NCBI GenBank assembly: GCA_030615605.1
Contig: JAUWYY010000006.1
Location: 11,847 to 75,846 of the forward strand
Direction of reading: 5' to 3'
Length of the DNA stretch: 64,000 nt
Source: a bacterium
GTDB taxonomy: Bacteria > Armatimonadota > Zipacnadia > Zipacnadales > Zipacnadaceae
The notes beneath the pieces were generated by a model, which did not search any database, was not told the DNA's origin, and saw only the letters and a list, made by a program, of their open reading frames with translations. The translations under genes were made by a program, and so were the position numbers. Below are positions 48,409-58,455 of this stretch, piece after piece. Numbering within the stretch: the first letter of the stretch is position 1; each line of letters opens with the position of its first letter.

Positions 48409-50250
48409 ATGTCTGATTATGTCACGGTGACCTTCGAGCCGGCAGGAGCAAAGGCGAAAGTTCCTGCCGGCACTAATCTATATGAAGCTGCCCAACAGGC
48501 GGGAGTTAAGATAAGCGGCTCCTGTGGCGGCCAGGGGACTTGTGGGAAGTGCCAGGTTCACGTTACTGGAGGTATGGTCAGTGAGCCTGCCCTGCAAGAG
48601 GTGGAGCTGTTGGGCGCCCCGCTTATCGAGCGGGGCACCCGCCTGGCCTGCCAGACCCAGTTGCTCGGTAACGCCGTCGTTCGCTTGCCCAGCGCGCAGG
48701 GGGCTGTTGTCCGCAAGGCTCTGCCGGCTGAATCGGTGCGTTCGGTGCCACTTGCCCCCAACGTCCGGCGTTACGACCTTAAGATCCCTGCCGCCAGGCT
48801 CGATGATCAACGCAGCGATTTTCAGAGGTTGGCCGAGGCAATAACTGAGCAGCCCGCCAACCTGACGGCCACGGTGCAATGTCTGCGTAGTTTAGCCACT
48901 GCGTTGCGAGCTGAGGATCAAGATGTCGCGATAACTGCGGTCGGCAGCCAGGTTGTGGACGTAAGACCGGCATTGGAGCGAGCGCCCTGCCTGGGCGTTG
49001 CTGTGGACATTGGTACCTCCACGCTGGCAGTATATCTGGTGGATCTAGAGACAGGGGAGCATCTCGTCACGGCCGCCGGGCAGAATCCTCAGACACAGTT
49101 CGGCGCCGATGTTATCTCACGCATCCAGTATGCCAATAGCCACCCCGACGGCCTGACTGTGCTACGGGATGATGTGCTGACCGCTATCAATCAGTTGATT
49201 CGCCAGGCCGTGGAAGAGGCGGGCGCTGCCCTGGCTGATGTCTATGAGGCAACGATAGTTGGCAACACCTGTATGCATCATATCTTTCTGGGCCTGGAGC
49301 CGCGATACTTAGCGGAAAGCCCCTACGTGCCTGTGACCACTGAAGCGGTCAGCACGTCTGCAGATCGGCTTGGTCTGCAGATGAACCCGCGAGGCAACGT
49401 TTTTTGCCTACCGTGCATAGCCGGGTTTGTGGGAGCTGACACTGTTGGTGTGATCGTTGCCAGTGAGCTGACGCGGCGGGACCGTCCCACCCTAGCGGTA
49501 GATATTGGGACTAATGGTGAAATAGCACTATGGTCTGGTGAGCGGCTGCTGACTACCTCGTGCGCAGCGGGTCCGGCCTTTGAAGGCGCTCAAATTCACC
49601 ACGGGATGAGAGCTGCTCCGGGCGCAATAGATGAAGTGTTTGTGAACGGCGATGACCTGGCAGTACATACAATTGATGACCAGCCCGCCCGGGGCATTTG
49701 CGGGTCGGGGCTTTTTGATGCTACGGCGGTGCTATTGGAACTGGGACTGATAGATACAAAGGGACATATGGTGGATGGCGGAAGCTGTGGGACTTTGTCC
49801 GACACCGTGGCGGGGCGTGTAGCGGGCGAAGCAAACGAACGGCGTGTAGTCCTGGCCGATGCCGAGCAAAGCGCGAACAATCCAATAGTGCTGACCCAGA
49901 GGGACGTCCGCGAGATACAACTGGCCAAGAGCGCGATTCGGGCATCAACAGAGATGTTGCTTGAGATAGTCGGCTTGAAGCCGGACGACCTGGACGAGGT
50001 GCTCATTGCTGGGGCCTTCGGCAACTTCATCAATCCTGCCAGCGCTCTACGGATGGGGTTGCTTCCTGAGGTACCAGAGGGTAGAATAGTGGGGATTGGC
50101 AATGCGGCCGGGGCTGGAGCAATCCTGACGCTGGTCTCACGGCATGAGCGTGACTATGCCAGGCAGGTGGCCGAGACGGCCGAGCACATTGAGTTGTTTC
50201 GCAGTTCCGACTTTCAGGACCGATTTGCCGAGTATATGATATTTCCATAA
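48409..50250 (+). CDS. ATP-dependent reductive activator of corrinoid proteins (RACo; [2Fe-2S] plus ASKHA domains)
   Basis: CGGQGTCGKC..LACQ ferredoxin; DIGTST, FGADVISRI, DIGTNGE, AAGPAFEG, GICGSG, AGAFG. Confidence 0.92.
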   Translation: MSDYVTVTFEPAGAKAKVPAGTNLYEAAQQAGVKISGSCGGQGTCGKCQVHVTGGMVSEPALQEVELLGAPLIERGTRLACQTQLLGNAVVRLPSAQGAVVRKALPAESVRSVPLAPNVRRYDLKIPAARLDDQRSDFQRLAEAITEQPANLTATVQCLRSLATALRAEDQDVAITAVGSQVVDVRPALERAPCLGVAVDIGTSTLAVYLVDLETGEHLVTAAGQNPQTQFGADVISRIQYANSHPDGLTVLRDDVLTAINQLIRQAVEEAGAALADVYEATIVGNTCMHHIFLGLEPRYLAESPYVPVTTEAVSTSADRLGLQMNPRGNVFCLPCIAGFVGADTVGVIVASELTRRDRPTLAVDIGTNGEIALWSGERLLTTSCAAGPAFEGAQIHHGMRAAPGAIDEVFVNGDDLAVHTIDDQPARGICGSGLFDATAVLLELGLIDTKGHMVDGGSCGTLSDTVAGRVAGEANERRVVLADAEQSANNPIVLTQRDVREIQLAKSAIRASTEMLLEIVGLKPDDLDEVLIAGAFGNFINPASALRMGLLPEVPEGRIVGIGNAAGAGAILTLVSRHERDYARQVAETAEHIELFRSSDFQDRFAEYMIFP

Positions 50251-50346
50251 GACGAGAAGGTATTACCCAGGCAGGCAACGAACCTGCTGGCTGTTGAGCA
50301 GCAGGCAATTTCCAAGACACGTCTACTCGTAATAGGAGGATGACCG

Positions 50347-50985
50347 ATGGCAGATCTACAAGTCCTAGCAGAAGCAGTAATCAATGGGGATCGTGACGAA
50401 GTTGCGCGCATTGTTCAGGAGGCGGTTGCCGAAGGAGTCGGTCCCGGCTCCATCGTCAACGAGGGTCTTGTTGTGGGGATGGATGAGGTGGGCCGCAGGT
50501 TCAAAGCCAATGAGTTCTATGTCCCAGAGGTGTTGATTGCCGCCCGAGCGATGCACGCGGGTATGGACATTGTCAATCCGTTGCTGGCTGAAAGCGGCAT
50601 CGAGCCGCGCGGTCGGGTGCTGATTGGCACGGTCCAGGGCGACCTGCACGACATTGGCAAGAACCTCGTTGCGATGATGCTGGAAGGTGGAGGCTACGAG
50701 GTTATTGATATGGAGGTGGACGTCCCGGCTGACCAGTTCGTGGCGGCAGTTAACGAACATTCGCCGAATGTCCTAGCCATGTCGGCGCTGTTGACCACAA
50801 CGATGCCGGCGATGAAGGATACAATTGAGGCGTTGGATGCTGCCGGCGTCCGCCAGCAGATCAAGATTATGATCGGCGGGGCGCCGGTTACTCAGGATTA
50901 TGCCGATGAGATCGGCGCTGATGGGTATGCCCCGGATGCGGCCTCGGCTGTTGATTTGGCCGCGGATCTTATGAGTGCGGGCTAG
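50347..50985 (+). CDS. Corrinoid (cobalamin-binding) methyl-carrier protein
   Basis: Cap domain VPEVLIAARAM; GDLHDIGKN, SALLTTT, GGAP. Confidence 0.95.
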   Translation: MADLQVLAEAVINGDRDEVARIVQEAVAEGVGPGSIVNEGLVVGMDEVGRRFKANEFYVPEVLIAARAMHAGMDIVNPLLAESGIEPRGRVLIGTVQGDLHDIGKNLVAMMLEGGGYEVIDMEVDVPADQFVAAVNEHSPNVLAMSALLTTTMPAMKDTIEALDAAGVRQQIKIMIGGAPVTQDYADEIGADGYAPDAASAVDLAADLMSAG

Positions 50986-51077
50986 GCAATTCCGCAGGCG
51001 ATCCGCGATGGAACCACTACTGGGGGTGGCAGTGCCCGATATTCTCCGCTAGGGCGGTGGTCATATCCGTGTGACGA

Positions 51078-51105
51078 GCCGCAGCTACGGTTATGTAGCT
51101 GCGGC
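51078..51105. repeat. Perfect 11-bp inverted repeat (terminator or REP-like)
   Basis: GCCGCAGCTAC-GGTTAT-GTAGCTGCGGC. Confidence 0.55.
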
Positions 51106-51176
51106 GTCGGCTAATAGTGCTGATGAATGCTGAAACGATGAACGGTGGCAATAAAACAGACAAAGGACGATCTGTT

Positions 51177-51602
51177 ATGTGGATTGCACTGGCAGTGCTG
51201 CTGATCGCGATAATGCTAGGGGCGGCTGGTCAGATCTGCCTGAAATTTGGCCTGGGCAAGCTGAATTCCCAGGCGGTATTCGTGGTTATCACGGCGATGT
51301 TCCGCGACTGGTATGTGTTGGCTGGCTTTATTGCTTACGGCGTCAGCTCCCTGCTGTACCTGTTCGTGCTGTCCCGGCTGGATGTAAGCTATGCCTACCC
51401 CTTTGTTGCGATAAACTACGTCTTTGTCACCTTCCTGGCGTGGCTTATTCTGAAGGAAGCGGTGCCGGCACTGCGACTGGTTGGCTTGGCCATAATCTGT
51501 ACGGGAGTTCTGGTATTGGCTGTCAGCTATAGAGGTCCCCAACCAGGCTTAGGGGATAACCCCGGCACTGCTGCCATCGAAAGGCCAGTCAATCAGGGAT
51601 AG
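51177..51602 (+). CDS. Small DMT/EamA protein (ArnE/ArnF-like flippase subunit)
   Basis: 4 TM; AGQICLKFG, LSRLDVSYAYP, LKEAV. Confidence 0.8.
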   Translation: MWIALAVLLIAIMLGAAGQICLKFGLGKLNSQAVFVVITAMFRDWYVLAGFIAYGVSSLLYLFVLSRLDVSYAYPFVAINYVFVTFLAWLILKEAVPALRLVGLAIICTGVLVLAVSYRGPQPGLGDNPGTAAIERPVNQG

Positions 51603-51669
51603 CCGGGCCTGTCGGCACTTGCTTGGTTCACCAGCGCACCGGCACTTCGTCACTGCCGGAGGAGTATAA

Positions 51670-53811
51670 GTGGCCCAACGCAGCAACGGTAAATATCTGC
51701 CTCTGGTAGCAGTTGCCATCCTGGCCGCGGTTACTGCTGGTTTTTGGGCCCCGTGCCTGTTCTTCGGTAGAGTTCCCGCCACCGTCCAGCATCAGAGCTG
51801 GATGGAGCCGTGGCGCGGAGCCGACGCGCCAGCACTGCCAGCCCGGCAGTGGGATCCGCTGCTGTGGGATAGTGTAGCGCAGTTCTATCCGTGGCGAGTG
51901 TTGTTGCGGCGAGGATTGTGCAGCGGCGAGCTGCCGCTGTGGTCTCCCTATCAGTACTGCGGATACCCCCTGGTGGGCAACGGGCAATCGGGAATATTCT
52001 ATCCTCCCAATTGGCTGCTGCTCATTTTGCCGGCAGCAAAGTTTCTGGGAGTTAGTCTGGCCCTGCATTTTTTCATCGTCAGCCTGCTGACCTTCTACTT
52101 CTGTCGCCTGCTGAGGCTGTCAGTCATCCCCGCGCTCTTTGCCGCCCTGGCCTTCTCATATGGCGGGTTTATGATAGCGTGGGCGTTGCTGCCGACATTG
52201 GTGGCCAGTGCGATATGGTTGCCGGGCGCGCTTGCTGGCATTGAACTGACTCAGCGCGGGCGACGGTGCAGGGGTATAGTGCTGCTGGCAGCAAGCCTGG
52301 GTCTGACTCTGCTGGCTGGACATATGCAGATTGCAGCCTATGTGTGGATGAGCGCCGGGGTATATGGCCTGGGCCGGATGCTGTACAATCTGTGGCACAA
52401 GCAATCAGCAGTCTGGTGGCCGATAGCTGCCGGTGCCGGACTGGGACTGATGGTGGGGATGGTGCAGATTCTGCCCACGGTTGAGCTGGGAGTGAATTCG
52501 CCCCGCGGCAGCCAGGTTCCCACCCAACAGGGCTGGCAGTTTCAGCAGCACCGCTCCCTGCGGCCTTTCGAGCTTCTCACCTTCGTTTCACCGGATGCGC
52601 TGGGCACACCGGCCAGCCGGTCGTCCGCCGACCAGTACTGGGGCACCAAATTCGGCATTGTCTACAGTGAGCACTGTGGATTTGCCGGCGTGGTGACGCT
52701 GCTTTTGGCCCTTGTAGCGGTCATCTATCGGCGCGACCGGATTAGCTGGGCCTTCGCTGCCGCTGCGGTTGTGGTGCTATCAGTGATTATGGGCGGGCCG
52801 TTGATGCACCTGCTTTACTTCTGGGTGCCCAAGATCGGGCTGATGGGCAGTTTCACGCGGCTGTTGTTCGTCTATATCTTTCTGGTGGCGGTGTTAGCAG
52901 CGGTGGGCCTGGATCATGTGATGGGCAGAATATCGCTCAATTCGCAGCTTCGCGGCGGCGTTTGTTATCTTCTCGGCGTAGCGTTCATTGCGGTGCTGCT
53001 GTTTGAGATTCTACCCTGGGGGCGACGCTTTATACCGATGCAGCCGGCTACTGATTTGTATCGGCCGACAGAGCTGACCCGTCAGATTCAAAAGTGGTGC
53101 GATCCGACTGAAGGGCGGGTGCTCGCGATCACGCCTCGTCGTGCCTGGAGCCTGCTGCATACGCCCAACGCTGTGCTGCCGCCCAATTCTGCTACTGTCT
53201 ATGGTTACTTAAGCCCCCAGGGCTACGATTCGCTGTCAATAGATGACTACTACGAGTTTGCCGCGAAGCTGGAACATGAGCCACCGGCGCCGGTGGAGAA
53301 CGGCAATATGATGTTGCTGGAGAACTACAATTCTCCATTGTTGGCAAGAACAGGGGTGAAATGGGTCGTGGCGATGGCGCCATTGCAGGTTCCTGAGCTA
53401 GCGATGATCTGGCACGGCGAAGGTACCTATCTGTATCGAGTCAAGGGCCCAAATCGGTTCCATGTGTTTGGCAGGGAAGGTAACCCGGTTGAACCTATTG
53501 CTGCGCGTACGGGTCTTAATTATGTGAAGTTGCGGCTGCCGCCCTCCTCCGCTGCCCGTGTGGTAGTAGCTCGCGACACGTGGTATCCGGGTTGGCACTA
53601 CTTTGTGGATGGGCGCCCGGCAGTTGCCCGCCAACATCTGGGAGTCTTCCGCCGACTGGAGCTTGCCGGCGGTGCTCAGTCCGTGCTTATGGTATACTAT
53701 CCGGCCACTGTACTGTGGGGACTGTTTGTGACGCTGGTCACGACTGGGGCGCTGGCAGCGGTGGCGAGCGGGTGTTGGATGACAGCGCGGATGAGTTGTT
53801 CACGGAGCTGA
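51670..53811 (+). CDS. YfhO-like multi-pass membrane protein (GT-C glycosyltransferase-like)
   Basis: D..AQFYPW, LPLWSPY..CGYPL.GN.Q..IFYP, LAGHMQ, GYD, WYPGW..VDG. Confidence 0.8.
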   Translation: MAQRSNGKYLPLVAVAILAAVTAGFWAPCLFFGRVPATVQHQSWMEPWRGADAPALPARQWDPLLWDSVAQFYPWRVLLRRGLCSGELPLWSPYQYCGYPLVGNGQSGIFYPPNWLLLILPAAKFLGVSLALHFFIVSLLTFYFCRLLRLSVIPALFAALAFSYGGFMIAWALLPTLVASAIWLPGALAGIELTQRGRRCRGIVLLAASLGLTLLAGHMQIAAYVWMSAGVYGLGRMLYNLWHKQSAVWWPIAAGAGLGLMVGMVQILPTVELGVNSPRGSQVPTQQGWQFQQHRSLRPFELLTFVSPDALGTPASRSSADQYWGTKFGIVYSEHCGFAGVVTLLLALVAVIYRRDRISWAFAAAAVVVLSVIMGGPLMHLLYFWVPKIGLMGSFTRLLFVYIFLVAVLAAVGLDHVMGRISLNSQLRGGVCYLLGVAFIAVLLFEILPWGRRFIPMQPATDLYRPTELTRQIQKWCDPTEGRVLAITPRRAWSLLHTPNAVLPPNSATVYGYLSPQGYDSLSIDDYYEFAAKLEHEPPAPVENGNMMLLENYNSPLLARTGVKWVVAMAPLQVPELAMIWHGEGTYLYRVKGPNRFHVFGREGNPVEPIAARTGLNYVKLRLPPSSAARVVVARDTWYPGWHYFVDGRPAVARQHLGVFRRLELAGGAQSVLMVYYPATVLWGLFVTLVTTGALAAVASGCWMTARMSCSRS

Positions 53812-53818
53812 AGAGCGG

Positions 53819-55561
53819 TTGGACGAGACTATGCAGGCAGAAAAGCCAGGTAAAGTCAGCCGCAATGAGTGGTTGCTGGTACTGGGCATAGCCGCCGGCG
53901 TTATGATTCTGACGGTACTGCCATATGCCAGGGCCGTTCAGATGGCCGGCGCGGGCGAGTATTTTTGCGGTTTTCTGTGGGGGGTGGACGAGGGTAATGT
54001 CTACCTGGCCTGGCTGCGACAGGCCGCCGCAGGCCGGTGGTTGCTGGCAAATCAGTACACCATAGCCCCTCAGAACCCACACTTCTTCAATATCTTTCTA
54101 ATCCTGCTGGGTAGGTTCTCCGCCCTCACTGGCCTGGCGCCGATCGTGGTATTTCACCTGGCTCGCTTCCTGGGTGGGATGTTTCTGTTATGGGCATTTT
54201 ACCTGCTGGCGGCAGAGATAACCGCGAGCCGTAGAATCCGCCTGGCCGCGCTATTGATAGCAGCGCTATCGTCGGGTCTGGGGTGGATTGTCTATCTGCA
54301 GGCTAAAATGTCGGACCTGCCCCTGGGCGCATGGGACGGCCTTCGACCGATGGATGTAGCCTACGGCTGGCAGGCCCAGCCCGAGGCGGTGACCTTTCTG
54401 TCACTGCTGCTCAATCCGCTGTTTGTCACCTCAATGGGGCTGCTGTGTCTGGTATTCCGCTACGGGCTGCGGGCTGCGCGCGCCCTGGGGCTGCGCAATG
54501 CGGTCGTCAGTGGGATATTGCTGTTGATTCTGGGCAATGTTCACACCTATGATGTACTCATTGTCTATTTGGCCTTGTTTGCCTGGTTTATGTTGGTCGC
54601 TGTCCAGGGCGCAATCACATGGCGGATGGCGGCCAGCCGGTATGCGGTGATCGCCCTGTTGGGTCTGCCCGGGCCGCTGTGGGCCTACTATACGATGCAT
54701 CTCGATCCGGCCTACTCACAGAAGGCGGCCACTGTGACCCGATCGGCAACGCCCTGGGATTATGCCATAGGCTACGGCCTTGTTTTTCTGCTGGCGCTGG
54801 TCGGGACAGTTGTGATTATTCGCTTGCGTAGGACAGCCGCTGGTGAGGCGGGGGAAAAGTTCAACAGGGAGCTGCTCTTTCCGATAGTCTGGGCCGTTTT
54901 GGGCTTTGGGCTACTGTACTTGCCAGTGTCGTTTCAGCGCAAGCTCATCGAAGGGCTGCATCTGCCGCTGTGCCTTCTGGCAGCCGTTGCGCTGGTTGAG
55001 CTGCACCGGTGGCTGGCCGGCCGGGTCTCATTTACTCTGGTATTGGTTGTGTTTCTGCTAGTGACTGTGCCATCGAATGTGCTGTTCTTGGCGGATTGTT
55101 TTGATCACTTGGCTGTCAATAACGTGGACCTGCTGCGCTACCTGATGCCTCCGGCCTATCTATCGAAGGCTGAGAAGACAGCGTTGAACTGGCTGGAGGC
55201 TAATGCCCCGGACGGTGCAGTAGTGCTATCTTCTTCGCTGACGGGGAGTCACATTCCCGCACATACTCCGTGTCGGGTGGTGGCTGGGCACTGGGCCGAG
55301 ACGCTCAAATTCGGGGAGATGCTGCAATTGGTCGGCCATTTCTACTGGCCGGGCCGGGAGCCGTCGGTGCGCCGCCAGATCCTGCGCAGAACTGGCGCAG
55401 ATTTCGTCTACTACGGCCCCCAGGAACAGCTTCTTCAGCAGGGCATGGCGGCTGGAGGACAGTTTGCGCTGGAGGCACAGTGGGACCCCAGTGTTGGTCT
55501 GCGCGAGCTTGAAATCGCGTTTGTTGGTGATGGCTTGCGAATATACCGAGTAGACGACTGA
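53819..55561 (+). CDS. Multi-pass membrane protein, probable GT-C fold glycosyltransferase
   Basis: N-terminal TM then DEGNVYLAWLRQ loop, many TMs, C-terminal ALNWL..AVVLSS..VVAGHWAET soluble domain. Confidence 0.65.
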   Translation: MDETMQAEKPGKVSRNEWLLVLGIAAGVMILTVLPYARAVQMAGAGEYFCGFLWGVDEGNVYLAWLRQAAAGRWLLANQYTIAPQNPHFFNIFLILLGRFSALTGLAPIVVFHLARFLGGMFLLWAFYLLAAEITASRRIRLAALLIAALSSGLGWIVYLQAKMSDLPLGAWDGLRPMDVAYGWQAQPEAVTFLSLLLNPLFVTSMGLLCLVFRYGLRAARALGLRNAVVSGILLLILGNVHTYDVLIVYLALFAWFMLVAVQGAITWRMAASRYAVIALLGLPGPLWAYYTMHLDPAYSQKAATVTRSATPWDYAIGYGLVFLLALVGTVVIIRLRRTAAGEAGEKFNRELLFPIVWAVLGFGLLYLPVSFQRKLIEGLHLPLCLLAAVALVELHRWLAGRVSFTLVLVVFLLVTVPSNVLFLADCFDHLAVNNVDLLRYLMPPAYLSKAEKTALNWLEANAPDGAVVLSSSLTGSHIPAHTPCRVVAGHWAETLKFGEMLQLVGHFYWPGREPSVRRQILRRTGADFVYYGPQEQLLQQGMAAGGQFALEAQWDPSVGLRELEIAFVGDGLRIYRVDD

Positions 55562-55637
55562 CGGTAGAGCAGGCATCTGCGATTGCGGGCCATCGAACTT
55601 CCCAGGCTCTGAGGTGTCTATATAGGTGGAGGCTCAG

Positions 55638-56777
55638 ATGAGACGATTTTGTAATCACAAAACGCTGCTTGGCGCTACACTGCTGCTGACACTGGTCGCA
55701 GTACCGGCGGCTGCTCGTGAGTGGAGCGAGGAGTACGAAAAGAAGGTGGGCGATAGGGCGGTTGAAGCTGTCCTGGAAGAGTATGAGGTATACGAAGACG
55801 AGGAAGCCAAGCAGCACATTGAGCAGATAGCCGCGCGGCTGACGCCCCACACTCAACGTCCGGAGCTTAAGTACACGGTCTACTTGCTGGACAGTGAAGA
55901 AGCCAACGCCTTCACCGTGCCGGGAGGGCATGTCTTTGTCACCAAGGCGCTCCTCGAGGACATCGAATCTGAGGCGCAGCTTGCTGGCATCATAGCTCAC
56001 GAGATGGCCCACAATTGCACATACGACTCGCTTGACCAGCTCAAGCGCGCCCAGGATATGTCTTTGGCCACGGCGGCGGCCGTTCTGGTGGCTGTGCTCA
56101 CTGGGCGGGGTGATGAAGCTACTTACGGGGCGTTGGTCATGGGAGAGCTGGTCACCCGAGGGGTGCTGTCCACGTATTCGATTGAGATTGAGAGCCGGGC
56201 CGATCGCAATAGTGCTCACTATCTGATAGAGGCTGGTTACAATCCGGTCGGGCTGTTAACGTTTATGGAAGAGTTGGCTCGCGAAGAACGCCAGAGTCGT
56301 AATCCCAATCTGGGCATCTTTCAGACTCACCCGCTGTCCAGGAAGCGGATCGCCGATCTGATTGATCTGTTGAACGAGGCTGGTGTGGACATTAACCGGC
56401 GCGCCGTTACCAAGTGGGACCCGCCGGTTGTGGAAGCTGGCCAGGTCAATGACAGGCCGGTACAGATATTGAAGCTGTGGGGTCAGCGGCTGTTGGCGTT
56501 CGATTATGGGCCGGACCCGACAGACGTGGAGTCGCGGGGACAACATATAGTCGAGGTATTGACGCGGCTCTTGCGCGAGGGCGTGGACGCTTACGAATTT
56601 GGGCTGACCCGCGATGACGAGGGGCACACTGCCGTAGTTGCGCGCGGGGAGATAGTGCTCACCGTCTACCGGGAAGATGCTGATTTGGTGGGCAAATCAA
56701 TCGGGGATGCCGCCATTGAAGTAACCCAGAACATCAGGCGGGCATTGTTCAAGGAGCGAATTGACCGGCTCTACTAA
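55638..56777 (+). CDS. Secreted M48 family metalloprotease (BepA/YfgC-like)
   Basis: Signal peptide, NAFTVPGG, AHEMAH, ESRAD, AGYNP, THP. Confidence 0.9.
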   Translation: MRRFCNHKTLLGATLLLTLVAVPAAAREWSEEYEKKVGDRAVEAVLEEYEVYEDEEAKQHIEQIAARLTPHTQRPELKYTVYLLDSEEANAFTVPGGHVFVTKALLEDIESEAQLAGIIAHEMAHNCTYDSLDQLKRAQDMSLATAAAVLVAVLTGRGDEATYGALVMGELVTRGVLSTYSIEIESRADRNSAHYLIEAGYNPVGLLTFMEELAREERQSRNPNLGIFQTHPLSRKRIADLIDLLNEAGVDINRRAVTKWDPPVVEAGQVNDRPVQILKLWGQRLLAFDYGPDPTDVESRGQHIVEVLTRLLREGVDAYEFGLTRDDEGHTAVVARGEIVLTVYREDADLVGKSIGDAAIEVTQNIRRALFKERIDRLY

Positions 56778-56812
56778 GCGCGACTTGGGCAGGAGATAGG
56801 CTCTTCCCATCT

Positions 56813-57634
56813 TCATTCGTTCTGGTCCCGGCGGCGGGGGACAATGCCACTGACGTCTCTGGCCTTCATCCACTCTTCCTCCACTGAGATTACTACCTCC
56901 GGCGCGCGGAATTCCTCACCCTTCTTTGTAGTAACCCGGACGTTTCCGGTGAGAGTGATAATATCGGTCAGCTCTTCGTAGACGGCCGCCTCCGCCCAGA
57001 CCGTCTTGTCCTCCTGAACGGCCTTTACCGGCCCGCTCAGCGTCATCTTCTTGACGTCGTCATTGTACTCGTACACTATCTTCGGACAGGTGATGGTGGT
57101 CTTTTTGCGGCGGTACTCCTCGAACTTGCTGGGCTTTTCTTCTTCGTCCCCAGAGCTTTCAGCTTCCTCCACCTTTTTTTGCGCCACTACTGTTATGTTT
57201 CCGGTGACGGTGGCGACCTCCGTGTCGAAGTTGGCTGTCGCTATATCTCCGGTGATCGTCGCCTCCGGGTCTACGATGCACAAATGACCGGTGGCCCGGG
57301 CAGTATCATTGACTTCATCATACCAGGCTTCGTCGCAATACATCTTGACATCCTGGTGACTGAAGACGACACTGCCCGATAGATAATACATCTCCTTGTC
57401 TGCCTCGTACTGCAACAGGTCGGCGTGTTCAATCTTGACAATATCGTCGGCCTCAGGCTTTGTTACGGTGTCTTTGCTCTCGGGGGACGGAGTCTGAAGT
57501 TCTGGAGGTGTGGGCGGCGCCGGGGTCTCCTCATTATCTGCGTTCTGGGCGGCCATTGGCAAAGATAGCACCGCCAGCACGCACAGAAACAGCAGCACAG
57601 CGCTGAGTGCAGTAGCCGGTCTCAAGTATCTCAT
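56813..57634 (-). CDS. lptA: LptA/OstA beta-jellyroll protein
   Basis: Signal peptide; repeated L(S/T)G(S/P/N)V jellyroll strands; coupled to an lptC-like gene. Confidence 0.7.
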   Translation of the reverse strand: MRYLRPATALSAVLLFLCVLAVLSLPMAAQNADNEETPAPPTPPELQTPSPESKDTVTKPEADDIVKIEHADLLQYEADKEMYYLSGSVVFSHQDVKMYCDEAWYDEVNDTARATGHLCIVDPEATITGDIATANFDTEVATVTGNITVVAQKKVEEAESSGDEEEKPSKFEEYRRKKTTITCPKIVYEYNDDVKKMTLSGPVKAVQEDKTVWAEAAVYEELTDIITLTGNVRVTTKKGEEFRAPEVVISVEEEWMKARDVSGIVPRRRDQNE

Positions 57635-58326
57635 TGTTGGCGCAGCTCCTTGAGCTTTTCTTTGGCTTCTTCGGCGTGGAAGATCATCTGGATCTTCTCC
57701 AGCCGGAAGTTGCCGGTAGCGACATTGTATTCCAGATTCCCGCCCACTACGGTGTTATCCCCCGCGTACATTGTGACCTGTCCGGGACATTTGACCAGAT
57801 CCTGGGCCACAAAATAATCCAGGCCGCTGGTCATAATAATGGCCTGTTTGTTCTTCACCTCCACGGCATCGGGGCATGAAAGCAATTGTTGCTCCTGATT
57901 CCAACTCAGCTTGTCCGTGGTGATGATTGCCGCTCGGTAGGAGACCACCCGTACATTCCCGCTTACCTCAAAGTCACGGTGACCAGTGTGGCCGGTGATC
58001 GTGTCGGCGGTCAGGCGCACCAGCGGCTCTCCGGCCTTGCCGTAGATGATGGCCTCTTCCAGACCCTTGGCTTCAATCATTTGACCGCCCGCGGCGATAT
58101 AAAGTTCCCGAAGCTGGGCCTGCCAGGCCAATTGGCCCTTCTCCATATGCTTGAGCACCGGCCGCTGGACGGTTATTCCGGGTTGCTGCTGGGTCTGCGC
58201 AGGTGCCGATTCTTGAGATGGGCGGGGCCAAGTAAGTGCCACTACCGCTCCCAGCACAGCGCATCCCACAATGATAACTGCGCCGATCAGCTTCCGGTTG
58301 GGTTGGCGCCGAGCTTCCTCATCCAT
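57631..58326 (-). CDS. lptC: LPS export protein LptC-like
   Basis: Single N-terminal TM, GQLAW, LTAD, GNVRV, TTDKLSWN. Confidence 0.7.
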   Translation of the reverse strand: MDEEARRQPNRKLIGAVIIVGCAVLGAVVALTWPRPSQESAPAQTQQQPGITVQRPVLKHMEKGQLAWQAQLRELYIAAGGQMIEAKGLEEAIIYGKAGEPLVRLTADTITGHTGHRDFEVSGNVRVVSYRAAIITTDKLSWNQEQQLLSCPDAVEVKNKQAIIMTSGLDYFVAQDLVKCPGQVTMYAGDNTVVGGNLEYNVATGNFRLEKIQMIFHAEEAKEKLKELRQQ

Positions 58327-58455
58327 TGTGCTGGTGGTATTCTACCACAAGCCGAGATTACTGAGAAGTATCAGTGGCCATCTGCTCTGGCGAGCTACGG
58401 CGCAGCAAGCTCAATGCAGCGCCATCCTGTGCCTTGTGCGCCAGGGCGCAGGTAG

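Noticed and set aside
50251-50346. Cobalamin riboswitch before the corrinoid gene
   Set aside because: 96-bp gap with one simple hairpin and no B12-box or GGGAA core
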